Counted from the stretch's first letter, positions 8,952-19,934 are shown. The stretch is 64,000 nt of DNA from an uncultured Verrucomicrobiales bacterium (GCA_964435495.1 CAYSZK010000005.1:9434-73433); one strand, 5' to 3'. Translations and numbers: made by a program. The notes: generated by a model from the letters alone, not told the origin.

Positions 8952-9791
8952 TCAGCCCGCGGCGGCGCTGGCATGCTGGCGGCGCCACACTCCCGGCGCG
9001 GCGCCGAGGCCGCGGCGGCAGAGGGCGTAAAAGTGGCCGAGGTTCTCAAGGCCGCAATCCATGGCTATCTCAATGATCGGCATATCGGTTTCCGCAAGCA
9101 ACTGCGCCGCGTGCCGAAGCCGCGCTTCATTGACAAGGTCCGACGGACGCTTGCCCAGGAACCGGCGGCAGGACCGCGCGACGTGCTCGGGACTTCGCCC
9201 CGCCAGCCGCGCCAGCGCGCCAGGCCCGGCGCAGAAGTTCGGATGTTCCGCAAGCCGTTCCCCGGCGCGGCGGAGCCAGTCGGGGACGGGCACCCCCGCG
9301 GGGGCCATCGGCCGGGGCGCCAGCATGGAAAGAACGCCCAAAAGAAAACTTTCGACCGCCAACCGGTCCCAATGCCCGGCCCGCAGATCGGCGGATAGCA
9401 TGTCGAGCCGCGCGATGCGTTCGGGCGCCAGCCGATGGCCGAGCGGCACATCCGCAGGCGCGGAAAAAAGGACGCGCCTGCCGCGAAAATGCGCGGCGCG
9501 GACACGGTCCCAGACCGGCGCCCGCAGGGTGACATTGACGAATTCAAGCGCCTCGCCCGGCGCCGCGGCGAACCCGTGCGCGTCGGGCGCCCGGACAAGG
9601 AAAAGGTCCCCGGGCTTGAGCGGAAGCGCGGCGCCATTGAGGAAATGGATGCCGGCGCCGCGCTCGACCCAGAACAGCTCGTGAAAATCGTGCCGGTGCG
9701 GTTCGGGCCGGTGCGTGGACCGGTAGCGCCAGCGCATGTACGTTCCGGCGTGCTCCCGCGGCCACGCCGCGGCGGACAGGGTTCGCATCAA
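8952..9791 (-). CDS. AraC family transcriptional regulator (cupin sensor + HTH)
   Basis: The C-terminal HTH region (...IIEIAMDCGLENLGHFYALCRRGLGAAP) and N-terminal cupin-like region are typical AraC/XylS. Confidence 0.7.
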   Translation of the reverse strand: MMRTLSAAAWPREHAGTYMRWRYRSTHRPEPHRHDFHELFWVERGAGIHFLNGAALPLKPGDLFLVRAPDAHGFAAAPGEALEFVNVTLRAPVWDRVRAAHFRGRRVLFSAPADVPLGHRLAPERIARLDMLSADLRAGHWDRLAVESFLLGVLSMLAPRPMAPAGVPVPDWLRRAGERLAEHPNFCAGPGALARLAGRSPEHVARSCRRFLGKRPSDLVNEARLRHAAQLLAETDMPIIEIAMDCGLENLGHFYALCRRGLGAAPGVWRRQHASAAAG

Positions 9792-9846
9792 AATACCGTA
9801 ATCCGCGCGCCGGGGAAGGCAAGCGCCGCGGGGCCGCGGGCCCGCC

Positions 9847-10941
<1,095 letters not shown>

Positions 10942-11029
10942 GGCCCCGCAGGGTAGCAGCGCGGGCGGGAACGCAAAACCGGAAAAATCGCGTTCGACGC
11001 CGCGGGGCGAAGGCGGGTAGGGTCTGGGC

Positions 11030-12703
11030 ATGTCCCTTTTGGAGCAACTCGCGGGCGGGAACGCCGTGGCCCACGCCGTCCTGGTGCTGTCGATCATTTC
11101 GTTCGCCGGGCTCGCCTTGGCGGCGGTCAAATTCCGCGGGGTGGGGCTGGGCATCACAGGCGTGCTGTTCGCGGGGATTTTCTTCGGGCACATCGGCTGG
11201 CACATCGAGGAGGAGGTGCTCCATTTCGTCCGGGAGTTCGGGCTGATCCTGTTTGTGTTCACCATCGGCCTGCAAATCGGGCCGGGCTTTTTCGCGTCGC
11301 TGCGGCGGCAGGGGCTGCCCGCCAATCTCTGCGCCGCCGGCATTGTCGTGGGCGGCGCGCTCCTGACGGCCGGCCTGGCCGCCCTGCTGGGGATCAACCC
11401 GTTCGCGGCCGCGGGGCTTTTCTCCGGCGCCACCACAAACACGCCCTCCCTGGGCGCCGCCCAGGAGGCGATGGCCACCCTGCCCGGGCTCGACGCCGTG
11501 TCCCGCGGTTTCCCGGCGCTGGCCTACGCGGTCGCGTATCCGGGCGGCGTGCTCGGAATCATCGCCTGCATCCTGCTGCTTCGCGTGATCTTCCGGATCG
11601 ACCCGGCCAAGGAACTGGCCGCGTTTGACGAGGAGCGCCGCAGCCACGCGCCGCCGCTGAAACGCCGCAATCTCCACGTCACCAATCCGAACCTGGACGG
11701 CCTGCCCGTCTCGAAGCTTCCGGGCTTGCGCGGAACCGGGATTATCGTGTCGCGGCTGTTGGAGGCGGCGACGGGCGAGGCCCATGTCGCGGCGCCCGAC
11801 ACGGTGGTGCGGCGGGGAGACACGATCCTGGCGGTGGGCACGGAGGAGGCGCTGGACGAGTTCCAGCGGATCGTGGGCGCGGTGTCGGATGTGGATGTGA
11901 TGGAGGTTTCGGCGCACATCCTGCATCGGCGGGTCGTGGTGACGCGCAAGGCGGCCCTGGGCAAATCGCTGCGGCAACTGGCCATTCACACCGCCTACGG
12001 TGTGGTGGCCACGCGCATCCAGCGCGGCGAACTGGAGCTGGCGGCGGACCCGGATACGCGGCTGCAATTTGGCGACACGCTGCAAGTGGTGGGGGATGCG
12101 GAGGGCCTGGACCAGGTGGCGGCGCTCATGGGCAACTCGCCGCGCGACCTTGGCCACACCAACTTTCTCCCGGTGTTTGTGGGCATCGCCCTGGGCGTCG
12201 CCGCGGGACTCGTGCCGGTGGCGCTGCCCGGACTGCCCGCGCCCGTGCGCCTGGGTCTGGCAGGCGGGCCGCTGGTGTGCGCGATTCTGCTTTCCCGCCT
12301 CGGCCACCTGGGGCCGGTGGTCTGGTTCATGCCGGCCGGGGCGAATCTCGCCCTGCGCGAGTTGGGCATCGTCTTGTTCCTGGCCTGCGTGGGCCTGAAG
12401 GCCGGGGCGCGGTTTGTGCCGACGTTGCTGAGCCCGGACGGCGCGGTGTGGCTCGCGGCGGGGTTTGCAATCACGCTGGCGCCAATCCTCGTGGCCGGCG
12501 CGGTTGCGCGGAAATTCCTGAAGATGAATTTCGTGGCCATCACGGGCATGATCGCCGGGAGCATGACCGATCCCCCCGCCCTCGCGTTCGCCAACGCGCT
12601 GGTGCGCAGCGACGCGCCGTCGATCTCCTACGCGGCGGTCTATCCGTTGACGATGCTGTTGCGCATTCTGTGCGCGCAGGTGCTCGTTCTGGTCCTCGCC
12701 TGA
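11030..12703 (+). CDS. YidE/YbjL family putative transporter (AAE family) with two central TrkA-C/RCK_C domains
   Basis: 557 aa with two membrane halves flanking cytoplasmic RCK_C-like repeats (VSKLPGLRGTGIIVSRL...); the architecture is typical of this family. Confidence 0.75.
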   Translation: MSLLEQLAGGNAVAHAVLVLSIISFAGLALAAVKFRGVGLGITGVLFAGIFFGHIGWHIEEEVLHFVREFGLILFVFTIGLQIGPGFFASLRRQGLPANLCAAGIVVGGALLTAGLAALLGINPFAAAGLFSGATTNTPSLGAAQEAMATLPGLDAVSRGFPALAYAVAYPGGVLGIIACILLLRVIFRIDPAKELAAFDEERRSHAPPLKRRNLHVTNPNLDGLPVSKLPGLRGTGIIVSRLLEAATGEAHVAAPDTVVRRGDTILAVGTEEALDEFQRIVGAVSDVDVMEVSAHILHRRVVVTRKAALGKSLRQLAIHTAYGVVATRIQRGELELAADPDTRLQFGDTLQVVGDAEGLDQVAALMGNSPRDLGHTNFLPVFVGIALGVAAGLVPVALPGLPAPVRLGLAGGPLVCAILLSRLGHLGPVVWFMPAGANLALRELGIVLFLACVGLKAGARFVPTLLSPDGAVWLAAGFAITLAPILVAGAVARKFLKMNFVAITGMIAGSMTDPPALAFANALVRSDAPSISYAAVYPLTMLLRILCAQVLVLVLA

Positions 12704-12735
12704 CGCCCCGCGCCGCGCAATAGCGCTTGGGCGCG

Positions 12736-13548
12736 TCAGCCCGCCAGTCCTTCGGGGATGGCCATCTTGCGGGTCTCGCCGGCGTCGCCGCGGGCGGGGC
12801 TTCCGGGGAGCGCGCCGGGCAACCGGCGGGTGACGAGGCGCAGGGCTGTCTCCAGCAATCCGGAGCCGCCGGGAGTCTCCAGCGCCACCCAGGCGTCGTG
12901 GAGAAAATGCGCGGCCACAGCGCCGAAATGAATGAGATCATGCGGGTCCAGAACCGCGTCGCCGGTGCGGATGCCGTTCACGAAGGTGCCGTTCTCGGAA
13001 CCGAGATCGCGGAGGATGACCCCCTCGGGCAACACTTCGAGGATGGCGTGCTCGCGCGAAACGGTGTCGTCCACAACGGTGATCTGGTTGGTCCAGCCGC
13101 GGCCCACGGTCACGATCTGCTGCCGGAGATGGTAGAGGATGGGCGGGCTGCCGGCGCCAATGCGCAACGCCGGCACGGAGCCGGTGGATTCCCCCGGCAC
13201 AAGAGCCGATTCGATGGCTTCGTCCCGATGGCGCACCGCCTGAAGCAGGAGTGCGTCCATCGGAACGGACATCGGCTCGGAATCGACAAGGCAGACGGGC
13301 ATGAACTCGATCCGGGCGCCGCGGAGGTTGACCAGCTCGACAAAAGCGCCCGGACCCGACAGGCCGCCGCATGTGGCGCGGACCGGCACGCCGCCGCGAA
13401 AATGAATTTTGCCGCGTCCCCGGCCGGACTCGAACACCAGGCAGCCGGAGACCTGGGCCATGCCGATGGCCTGGACCAGGTATTCGGTCGGGAGAAACCC
13501 CGACAAATGGAATACGGGCGGGCGCGGTTCGTTTTCAGGCGGGCTCAT
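12736..13548 (-). CDS. DUF4388-like N-terminal domain + C-terminal FHA domain protein
   Basis: C-terminal FHA signature (TVGRGWTNQITVVDDTVSREHAILEV...LRDLGSENGTFVNG). Confidence 0.65.
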   Translation of the reverse strand: MSPPENEPRPPVFHLSGFLPTEYLVQAIGMAQVSGCLVFESGRGRGKIHFRGGVPVRATCGGLSGPGAFVELVNLRGARIEFMPVCLVDSEPMSVPMDALLLQAVRHRDEAIESALVPGESTGSVPALRIGAGSPPILYHLRQQIVTVGRGWTNQITVVDDTVSREHAILEVLPEGVILRDLGSENGTFVNGIRTGDAVLDPHDLIHFGAVAAHFLHDAWVALETPGGSGLLETALRLVTRRLPGALPGSPARGDAGETRKMAIPEGLAG

Positions 13549-13794
13549 CGATCCCTCATCGATTGAAACAGCCTATGAGCTTGGGCTGTTCTAACCAGCA
13601 GGCAAGCCGAATCCCCCGCGCCGAATCCCCCGCGGACGGAACCGGACGTACACGGACGGGGGCTCTTGGGCCTTGCGCCCGGAGGGGACGGGAACGTAAT
13701 CTGCCGCCGTGAAAGCGGCTTGGTTTGCGGGGGGCATGGTGGCGGGAGCGGCGGAGGGCTTGGCCCTTGGAGCGATGTGACAAAAAATGGAAAA

Positions 13795-14427
13795 ATGGCG
13801 CGGCCAGAAGCAGCCCGCCACGCCATGAGCGGGCGTGCCTCCCGGCCCCGGCGCTGCCCATGGTGCCCCGCCGATGACCCGCTCTACACGGCCTACCACG
13901 ACCGGGAATGGGGTGTTCCCGTCCGGGACGGGCGGCGCCTGTTCGAGATGCTCAACCTGGAGGGCGCCCAGGCGGGGCTGAGCTGGCGGACGATTTTGCA
14001 TCGGCGCGAGGGGTACCGCCGGGTATTCGAGGGGTTTGACGCGGCCAGGCTGGCGCGCTGGAGCGAGACGAAGATCGCGCGGGCGCTGCGGGACGAGGGC
14101 ATCGTGCGGAACCGCCTCAAGGTGCGCGGCGTGGTCCGGAACGCGCGGGCGTTTCTCGAAGCGTTCGGGGGGGACTACAAGGCGTTCGCGAAGTTCCTCT
14201 GGTCGTTCACGGGCGGGCGGCCCGCGGCGAACCGCTTCCGTGCGATGCGCGAGGTGCCGTCCCGGGCGGAGCCAAGCGACCGGATGAGCCGCGAGTTGAA
14301 GGCGCTGGGGTTCACGTTTGTGGGTTCGACAATTTGTTATGCTTTCATGCAGGCGGTTGGCATGGCCAACGATCATCTGGTCTCCTGCTTCCGGCACGAG
14401 GCCTGCCGCCGCGCCCGCGCCGATTGA
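13795..14427 (+). CDS. tag: DNA-3-methyladenine glycosylase I
   Basis: RCPWCPADDPLYTAYHDREWGVP ... EGAQAGLSW matches Tag. The start is either of two Mets at 13795 or 13825. Confidence 0.8.
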   Translation: MARPEAARHAMSGRASRPRRCPWCPADDPLYTAYHDREWGVPVRDGRRLFEMLNLEGAQAGLSWRTILHRREGYRRVFEGFDAARLARWSETKIARALRDEGIVRNRLKVRGVVRNARAFLEAFGGDYKAFAKFLWSFTGGRPAANRFRAMREVPSRAEPSDRMSRELKALGFTFVGSTICYAFMQAVGMANDHLVSCFRHEACRRARAD

Positions 14428-14623
14428 TTGGCCCGCGATTCCGCGGGTCCCCAGCCCGGCCTTCCTGGGAAGAACCGGGGAATCCTCTTCCCTCCTCCCC
14501 ATCGCGGGAATCGAGTGGCCAGGCTTCGGGACCGTTCTGTCCCCACCCATCCAACCAAGGAACCGGACAGGGACAGACCTGAATGGCGCTTGCGCGTGTT
14601 GGAATGCAGTCCAACATCGCGTT

Positions 14624-15265
14624 GTGTCCGCCCGGCTGCTGGTTCCCGAACTCCTGGACGCGCTGCCGTCCGGCGCCCCTGCGGCGCGGCGGGGACGGCG
14701 CGACCTGCGGTTGATCAACGCGCTGATGGGCAACTTCGGATGGTTCGTCCAAACGCTCCGGCGCCGCGCGGTCCCGCCCGGCCGGTGGGTGGAGTTGGGC
14801 GCGGGAGACGGGCGCTTGCTGGCGGCGTTGCAAAGGCGTTTCCCAGACGCGCGATTGACGGGCGTGGACCGCGCGCCGGAGCCGGAGAAGCTGGCGCAAG
14901 GCGTAGATTGGGAGCGGGCGGACCTGTTCGCGTCCCGGGCGGCGGGGGCGGGCGCGGTGATCCTTGCGAACCTTGTGTTGCACCATTTCGAGGACGGGGA
15001 ATTGCGGCGGCTTGCGGCGGGCTGGCGCGGGGCGCGCATGATCCTGGCGTGCGAACCGTTGCGGGCGCCGGGCGCGCACGCTTGGGGCCGCCTTTTGGAG
15101 CCTGTCTTGCATCCGGTGACGCGGCACGACATGCACGCGAGCATCGACGCGGGGTTTCGGCCCGGGGAACTGGCGGCGGCGCTGGGGCTGGACCCGCGCG
15201 TGTGGGCGGTGGCGGAGAGGCGGGGAAGGTTTGGGTCGGTGCGGCTGGAGGCGTGGCGCCCATGA
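14624..15265 (+). CDS. Class I SAM-dependent methyltransferase (first gene of MT-FMO-PKS operon)
   Basis: Motif I WVELGAGDGRLL, acidic post-I GVDR and motif III VILANLVLHHF. The start is uncertain: the ORF is open from 14318, the GTG at 14624 is proposed, and the first in-frame ATG is at 14726. The stop overlaps the next start (ATGA at 15262-15265). Confidence 0.55.
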   Translation: MSARLLVPELLDALPSGAPAARRGRRDLRLINALMGNFGWFVQTLRRRAVPPGRWVELGAGDGRLLAALQRRFPDARLTGVDRAPEPEKLAQGVDWERADLFASRAAGAGAVILANLVLHHFEDGELRRLAAGWRGARMILACEPLRAPGAHAWGRLLEPVLHPVTRHDMHASIDAGFRPGELAAALGLDPRVWAVAERRGRFGSVRLEAWRP

Positions 15266-16281
15266 ACACCATCACGATTGCCGGCGGCGGCCTCGCGGGA
15301 CTGGGCCTCGGTCTGGCGCTTGCGCGGCGGGGCGTCCCGGTGGAGTTGCACGAGGCCGGCGCCTATCCGCGGCACCGGGTGTGCGGCGAGTTCTTGTGCG
15401 GGTTGGACCGGGGTGTCGCGGAGGACCTCGGCGTGGCGCCCTTCCTGGAGGACGCGGAACGGCTGCGGACGTGCGTCTGGTTTGCCGGCGGACGGCCATT
15501 CCTGCGCCGGGCGTTGCCGGAGGTGGCGCTGGGGATGTCGCGTTACCGGTTGGACGCGCGCCTCGCCGCGGCCGCGGCCGGGGCCGGCGTGGCGCTGCGC
15601 GCGGGGTCGGCATGCGAACCGGGCGCAGCCGAGGGGCGGGTGTGGGCGGCGGGCAAATCGGCGCGGGCCGGCGGGCGCTGGGTGGGTATGAAGTGCCACG
15701 TGGCCGGGTTCGACGCCGAGGCCGATCTGGAAATGCACGTGGGCAACGGCGGGTATGTGGGCCTGTCCCGCGTCGAGGACGGGCGCGCCAATGTTTGCGG
15801 ATTGTTCCGGCGCGGCGCGGGTTCCGCGGGCGGTCCGGGGCTGGCGGGAATGCGGCGTTGGATGGAGGGAACGGGTCTGGAGGCGCTGGCGTCGCGGTTG
15901 GGACGCGGCGCGGAGGTGGCGGGCAGCCACGCGGCGGTGGCGGGGTTCCGGTTCGGGCGCGTGCGGGGCGGCCGGGAGGAGTTGCGGATCGGGGACGCGC
16001 ACGCGCTGATTCCGCCGTTCACCGGCAACGGGATGTCAATGGCGCTGGAATCGGCGTGGGAGGCGTTGGGGCCATTGGAGGCGTATGCGCGCGGGCGCAT
16101 GGCGTGGGGGGAGTGCCGCGTGCGAATCCACAGGGCGCTGCGGCGCCGGTTCCGGCGGCGGCTGGCGTGGGCGGCGGCGCTGCATCCGCTGGCCTTGAAC
16201 CTGGCGGCGGCGGGCGGGCTGGCGAAGTGGGAGCGTTGGGTGCCGTTCGCGTTTTTCTTTTGGAGGCTCAGAAGCGCGTGA
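15262..16281 (+). CDS. FAD-dependent monooxygenase / hydroxylase (group A flavoprotein)
   Basis: N-terminal dinucleotide fold ITIAGGGLAGLGLGLALARRG and the GDAxH..P..G.G motif RIGDAHALIPPFTGNGMSMALESA. 340 aa. Confidence 0.7.
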   Translation: MNTITIAGGGLAGLGLGLALARRGVPVELHEAGAYPRHRVCGEFLCGLDRGVAEDLGVAPFLEDAERLRTCVWFAGGRPFLRRALPEVALGMSRYRLDARLAAAAAGAGVALRAGSACEPGAAEGRVWAAGKSARAGGRWVGMKCHVAGFDAEADLEMHVGNGGYVGLSRVEDGRANVCGLFRRGAGSAGGPGLAGMRRWMEGTGLEALASRLGRGAEVAGSHAAVAGFRFGRVRGGREELRIGDAHALIPPFTGNGMSMALESAWEALGPLEAYARGRMAWGECRVRIHRALRRRFRRRLAWAAALHPLALNLAAAGGLAKWERWVPFAFFFWRLRSA

Positions 16282-16283
16282 GC

Positions 16284-17309
16284 ATGCGGCTGCGCGGACT
16301 GGCGCCGGCGTTTCCGCCCTTTGTGTACACGCAGCGGGCGCTGTGGGAGGCGCTGGAGGCGCCGTTCGGGAAACGGCTGCGCCCCGCTTCGATGGAACTC
16401 CTGGGCCAGTTGTTCCACGGCAACAGCGGGATCGAGACGCGGCGGTTTTTCGTGGAGGAGCCCGCGGCCGTGTTCGCGCTGGGCGCGCAGGAGTTGAACG
16501 CGCGGTTCGAGGCGCAGGCGCCCGCGCTGGCGGTGGACGCGGTGCGCCGGGCGCTGGTCCATGCGGGGGAGGAGGCGGCAAGGTTGGACGCGCTCTTTGT
16601 CGCAACCTGCACCGGGTATCTGTGTCCCGGCGTATCCAGCCACGCCGCGGAGGCGCTCGGGTTGCGGGATTCGGCCTGCCTCCACGATCTGGCGGGGTAT
16701 GGCTGCGCGGCGGCCATCCCGATGCTTCGGGCGGCGTCGGATTTTCTGGCGGCAAACCCCGGAGCGCTGGTGGCGACGGTGGCGGTCGAGGTTTGCTCGG
16801 CGGCGTTTTACGTGGATGACGATCCCGGCGTGCTGGTGAGCCTCTGCCTTTTTGGCGACGGCGCGGCGGCGGGCGTCTGGGACCGCGCGCCCGGCGAACC
16901 GGGCTGGCACGCGGGCGGCTTCCTAAGCTTGCACCGTCCGGAGCACCGGGAGCGCATCCGGTTCGTCAACGCCGGCGGGAAACTCAAGAACCAGCTTCAT
17001 CGTTCCGTGCCGGTGCTGGCGGCGCGGGCGGTGGAAGAGTTGTGGCGGCGGGACGGAGGGGCGCACGATGGCGTGGTGGCGCACACGGGCGGGCGCGAAG
17101 TGCTTGACGCGGTTGAGAAGCTTCTCCCCGGCGTGGCGCTGCCGGAATCGCGCGCGGTGCTGCGGGAGTACGGGAACCTGAGCAGCCCGAGCGTGCTGGT
17201 GGCGCTGGAGAAACGGCTCACGGCACGCCCCGGCGAGCGGTCGCTATGGTTGACGGCGTTCGGGGCGGGCTTCTCCGCCCACGCCTGCCGGCTGGTACGG
17301 ACGGGGTGA
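16284..17309 (+). CDS. Type III polyketide synthase (chalcone/stilbene synthase superfamily)
   Basis: Active-site Cys context LHDLAGYGCAAAIPMLRAASD and FGDGAAA. His motif VAHTGGREVLDAVEK (CHS-type HPGGPAILD rather than FabH HQAN). Asn motif EYGNLSSPSVLVALE. C-terminal AFGAGFS. The start is 3 bp after the upstream stop. Confidence 0.75.
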   Translation: MRLRGLAPAFPPFVYTQRALWEALEAPFGKRLRPASMELLGQLFHGNSGIETRRFFVEEPAAVFALGAQELNARFEAQAPALAVDAVRRALVHAGEEAARLDALFVATCTGYLCPGVSSHAAEALGLRDSACLHDLAGYGCAAAIPMLRAASDFLAANPGALVATVAVEVCSAAFYVDDDPGVLVSLCLFGDGAAAGVWDRAPGEPGWHAGGFLSLHRPEHRERIRFVNAGGKLKNQLHRSVPVLAARAVEELWRRDGGAHDGVVAHTGGREVLDAVEKLLPGVALPESRAVLREYGNLSSPSVLVALEKRLTARPGERSLWLTAFGAGFSAHACRLVRTG

Positions 17310-17356
17310 GAGGGATGGGCCCTGTTCGGCGCCCTTTCCTTCTCCCGACCCCTTTT

Positions 17357-17926
17357 TCAGGGGGACAGCCGGGCGAGGAGGGGCGCGCGGCAGGCGGGCA
17401 GCCGCCCGAAGTTCTGGCCGAAGACATTGGCGAAATGGCGCAGGGCGCCGCGTTCCGGCGGCGGGCCCAGTCCGAGCAGCAGCAACAGCCGGCGCTCAAA
17501 CCGGCGCACGACTTCGAGGGAGGCGGGTTTCGCGTTGAGGTATTCGAGCCCGCGCACGACGAGATCGAACACCTCGGGCGCCGGGTGCGCTTCGGGCAGC
17601 GCGAGCCGTCCCAGTTCCGCAAAGTAACAGGCGGCCTCCAGCCGGGCCAGGTCGGAGGCCAGCCCCGGGAAGTGGCGGCCGGGGGTGGCTTCGCGCACCC
17701 AGGCGCGCGGGGCGCGTCCCCCGGCGGCGCGACCCAGCCCGAGCACGACCTCCGGCACACGCAGCAGGGAGAGGGATGCGGCCATGGGCGAGCCGGCTTT
17801 GCGGAGCGCGCCCCTGGCGGTGGCCCGGAACCAGCCGTGGCCGCGGGTGAGCAGGACAAGGTCCAGAGAGGTTTCCCCCGAACGCGCCCGGCTCAGGACG
17901 ATGGCGCTGTCACGGAGCGGAATCAT
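17357..17926 (-). CDS. recO: DNA repair protein RecO
   Basis: N-terminal OB-fold pattern (AIVLSRARSGETSLDLVLLTRGHG); position downstream of ybeY with ATGA overlap. Confidence 0.7.
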   Translation of the reverse strand: MIPLRDSAIVLSRARSGETSLDLVLLTRGHGWFRATARGALRKAGSPMAASLSLLRVPEVVLGLGRAAGGRAPRAWVREATPGRHFPGLASDLARLEAACYFAELGRLALPEAHPAPEVFDLVVRGLEYLNAKPASLEVVRRFERRLLLLLGLGPPPERGALRHFANVFGQNFGRLPACRAPLLARLSP

Positions 17927-18357
17927 CGGCGGCGGCGGTTCCTGGGCGTTCCGGCGGGCCAGAGTTTTCGGACCAACGCCTCCTGGCGGGCCGCCATGCG
18001 CCGGGCCGGGCCGGCGGCGGCGTCATCCCAGCCGCGAAGGTGAAGCCAGCCGTGGACGGCGTAGAGGAGCAGCTCGCGGCCGGGCGGGAGGCGCCGGGCG
18101 CGGGCTTCGGCGAGGGCGACGGCGGCGCAGACGACGATTTCGCCGTGTTGGAAGGTGATGACATCCGTGGGGGCCGGTTCGCCGAGGAAGGCAGCGTGCA
18201 ACCGGGCCATGAGCCGGGCGCCGACGAGGACGACATTGACCTCGGGAAGCGGGAGCGGCTCCAGGACGGCGAGCCGCTCAAGCCGCGCGCGGAGCGCGGC
18301 CGGGTTGAGCGGAATCGCCTTTTGCCGGTTGATCAGGTTGATCCGGGTCGGTTTCAT
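17923..18357 (-). CDS. ybeY: Endoribonuclease YbeY (rRNA maturation)
   Basis: PTDVITFQHGEIVV and the zinc-site HGWLHLRGWDD (H..LHL.G.DH) motif. Confidence 0.8.
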   Translation of the reverse strand: MKPTRINLINRQKAIPLNPAALRARLERLAVLEPLPLPEVNVVLVGARLMARLHAAFLGEPAPTDVITFQHGEIVVCAAVALAEARARRLPPGRELLLYAVHGWLHLRGWDDAAAGPARRMAARQEALVRKLWPAGTPRNRRRR

Positions 18358-19897
18358 CGGGGGCGCCCGCCTTGGGGAGCCGCGGGTAGGAGACGCGGGC
18401 GTGCAGGGCGGACTGAAGGGTGAACGCGATGCGGGCCTCGACGGTCTTCAATTCCCGGAAGGAAATGGGACATTCGTCGAATTGGCCGTCGTCGATTCGT
18501 TGGCGGATGACGGAAGCGGCCAGTTCCTCGATGCGCTGCGGGGTGGGTTTTTCGAGCGAGCGCGAGGCGCTTTCGCAGGCGTCGGCGATCATCAGGATCG
18601 CGGTTTCCCGGCTTTGCGGTTTTGGGCCGGAGTACCGGAAGACCTCTTCGGAGACCTGGGGCACGTCGCCTGGGGGGAGGTTCATGATCTTGGTGCCTTC
18701 GACGGCGTCGTCGCGGTCGCGGACGGCGCGGGCGTGGAAATAGCCCACCAGGCAGGTGCCGTGATGTTCGCGGATGGCGTCGAGGACTTCCGCGACCAGC
18801 CGGTGTTCGAGGGCGAGATTCACGCCTTCCTTGACGTGGGCGACGACAATCAGGGCGCTCATGGTCGGGTTGAGCGCGTCGTGCGGGTTGCCGCCATGGG
18901 ATTGGTTCTCGCAGTAGTATTCGGGTTTGACGAGTTTGCCGACGTCATGGAAATAGGCGCCGACGCGGCATTGGAGGCCGTTGGCGCCGATGGCGAGGGC
19001 GGCGGACTCGGCGAGGTTGGCGACGACCAGGCTGTGGTGGAACGTGCCCGGGGCTTCCAGCGAGAGGCGTTGCAGGAGGGGATGATTCAAGTCCGCCATT
19101 TCCAGCCAGGAAACGCCCGTGGTGACGCGGAAGACCGACTCGAAGACCGGCAGCACGGCGTTGACGGCGATGCCGGTGCCGACGCCAGTGGCCCCAGCCA
19201 GGGCCGTCCGGTGGAGCAGCGTCTCGAACGGGACGCCGCCGGAGGCGAGGGCCAGCCCCGCCGCGAAAATCATGGACGCCCCGCCCACCACACAGCCCGC
19301 CCGGATCAACTGGCCGCGCTTGCGCAGGTTCTCGGTGAAGACAACCGCGAGCACCCCCACGAGGATGCCGTGGACCGCATGGGACGCGAACATGCCCGGC
19401 GCCAGCAGCGCCGCGCCGAGGCCGTTGGCCATGGCCATCAACGCGCCCGCGCCGCCGCCCAGCAGGATGGACGCCAGCATGGGCGCAAACGCCGCCGGCG
19501 CCAGGCAGATCGTCACCGGCGGCACGGCATCCTCCGGGGGACCGCCCAAGCCGAGGACCATGAGCTTGAAAAGGAGCAGGTTGAGGGCGAGCAGAAGCAC
19601 AAAGAGCAGCAGCCGGGAGTTGGAGGCCAGGGCGGGAACCTGGCGCGGGACGACGATGAGCGCCATCGCGTACACCAGTTCGACCAGCAGCGCCGTCGAA
19701 GCCGTTCCCGCGCCGGCGGGCGCGCCCCACCAGGCCAGGAAGCCAAGACCCGCGCCACCCAGGGCGACGATCCCGAGCCGGACCCCGCGGTTTTCCTCAA
19801 GGAGGCGGCCGTGCGACTCCTCATCCAGCGTGCGCCGCTGTTTGCCGCAGGCCAGGCCCTGGCGGACGAGTCTCTTGCGATGAAAGAAATCGAGCAT
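18278..19897 (-). CDS. 7TM receptor with intracellular HD hydrolase domain (7TMR-HD, PgpH/YqfF-like)
   Basis: Multiple TM helices followed by the HD domain (HHSLVVANLAESAALAIGANGLQCRVGAYFHDVGK). Sits between phoH and ybeY, as in many bacteria. Confidence 0.75.
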   Translation of the reverse strand: MLDFFHRKRLVRQGLACGKQRRTLDEESHGRLLEENRGVRLGIVALGGAGLGFLAWWGAPAGAGTASTALLVELVYAMALIVVPRQVPALASNSRLLLFVLLLALNLLLFKLMVLGLGGPPEDAVPPVTICLAPAAFAPMLASILLGGGAGALMAMANGLGAALLAPGMFASHAVHGILVGVLAVVFTENLRKRGQLIRAGCVVGGASMIFAAGLALASGGVPFETLLHRTALAGATGVGTGIAVNAVLPVFESVFRVTTGVSWLEMADLNHPLLQRLSLEAPGTFHHSLVVANLAESAALAIGANGLQCRVGAYFHDVGKLVKPEYYCENQSHGGNPHDALNPTMSALIVVAHVKEGVNLALEHRLVAEVLDAIREHHGTCLVGYFHARAVRDRDDAVEGTKIMNLPPGDVPQVSEEVFRYSGPKPQSRETAILMIADACESASRSLEKPTPQRIEELAASVIRQRIDDGQFDECPISFRELKTVEARIAFTLQSALHARVSYPRLPKAGAPDETDPDQPDQPAKGDSAQPGRAPRAA

Positions 19898-19934
19898 CGG
19901 CTTGTTTTGGGCGCGGTCCCTGGATTGGACGGGC

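Noticed and set aside
13591-16002. 803-aa minus-strand ORF spanning tag, the methyltransferase and the monooxygenase
   Set aside because: It is antisense to three recognisable plus-strand genes. Its composition is Arg/Pro/Ala-rich without domain-like blocks.
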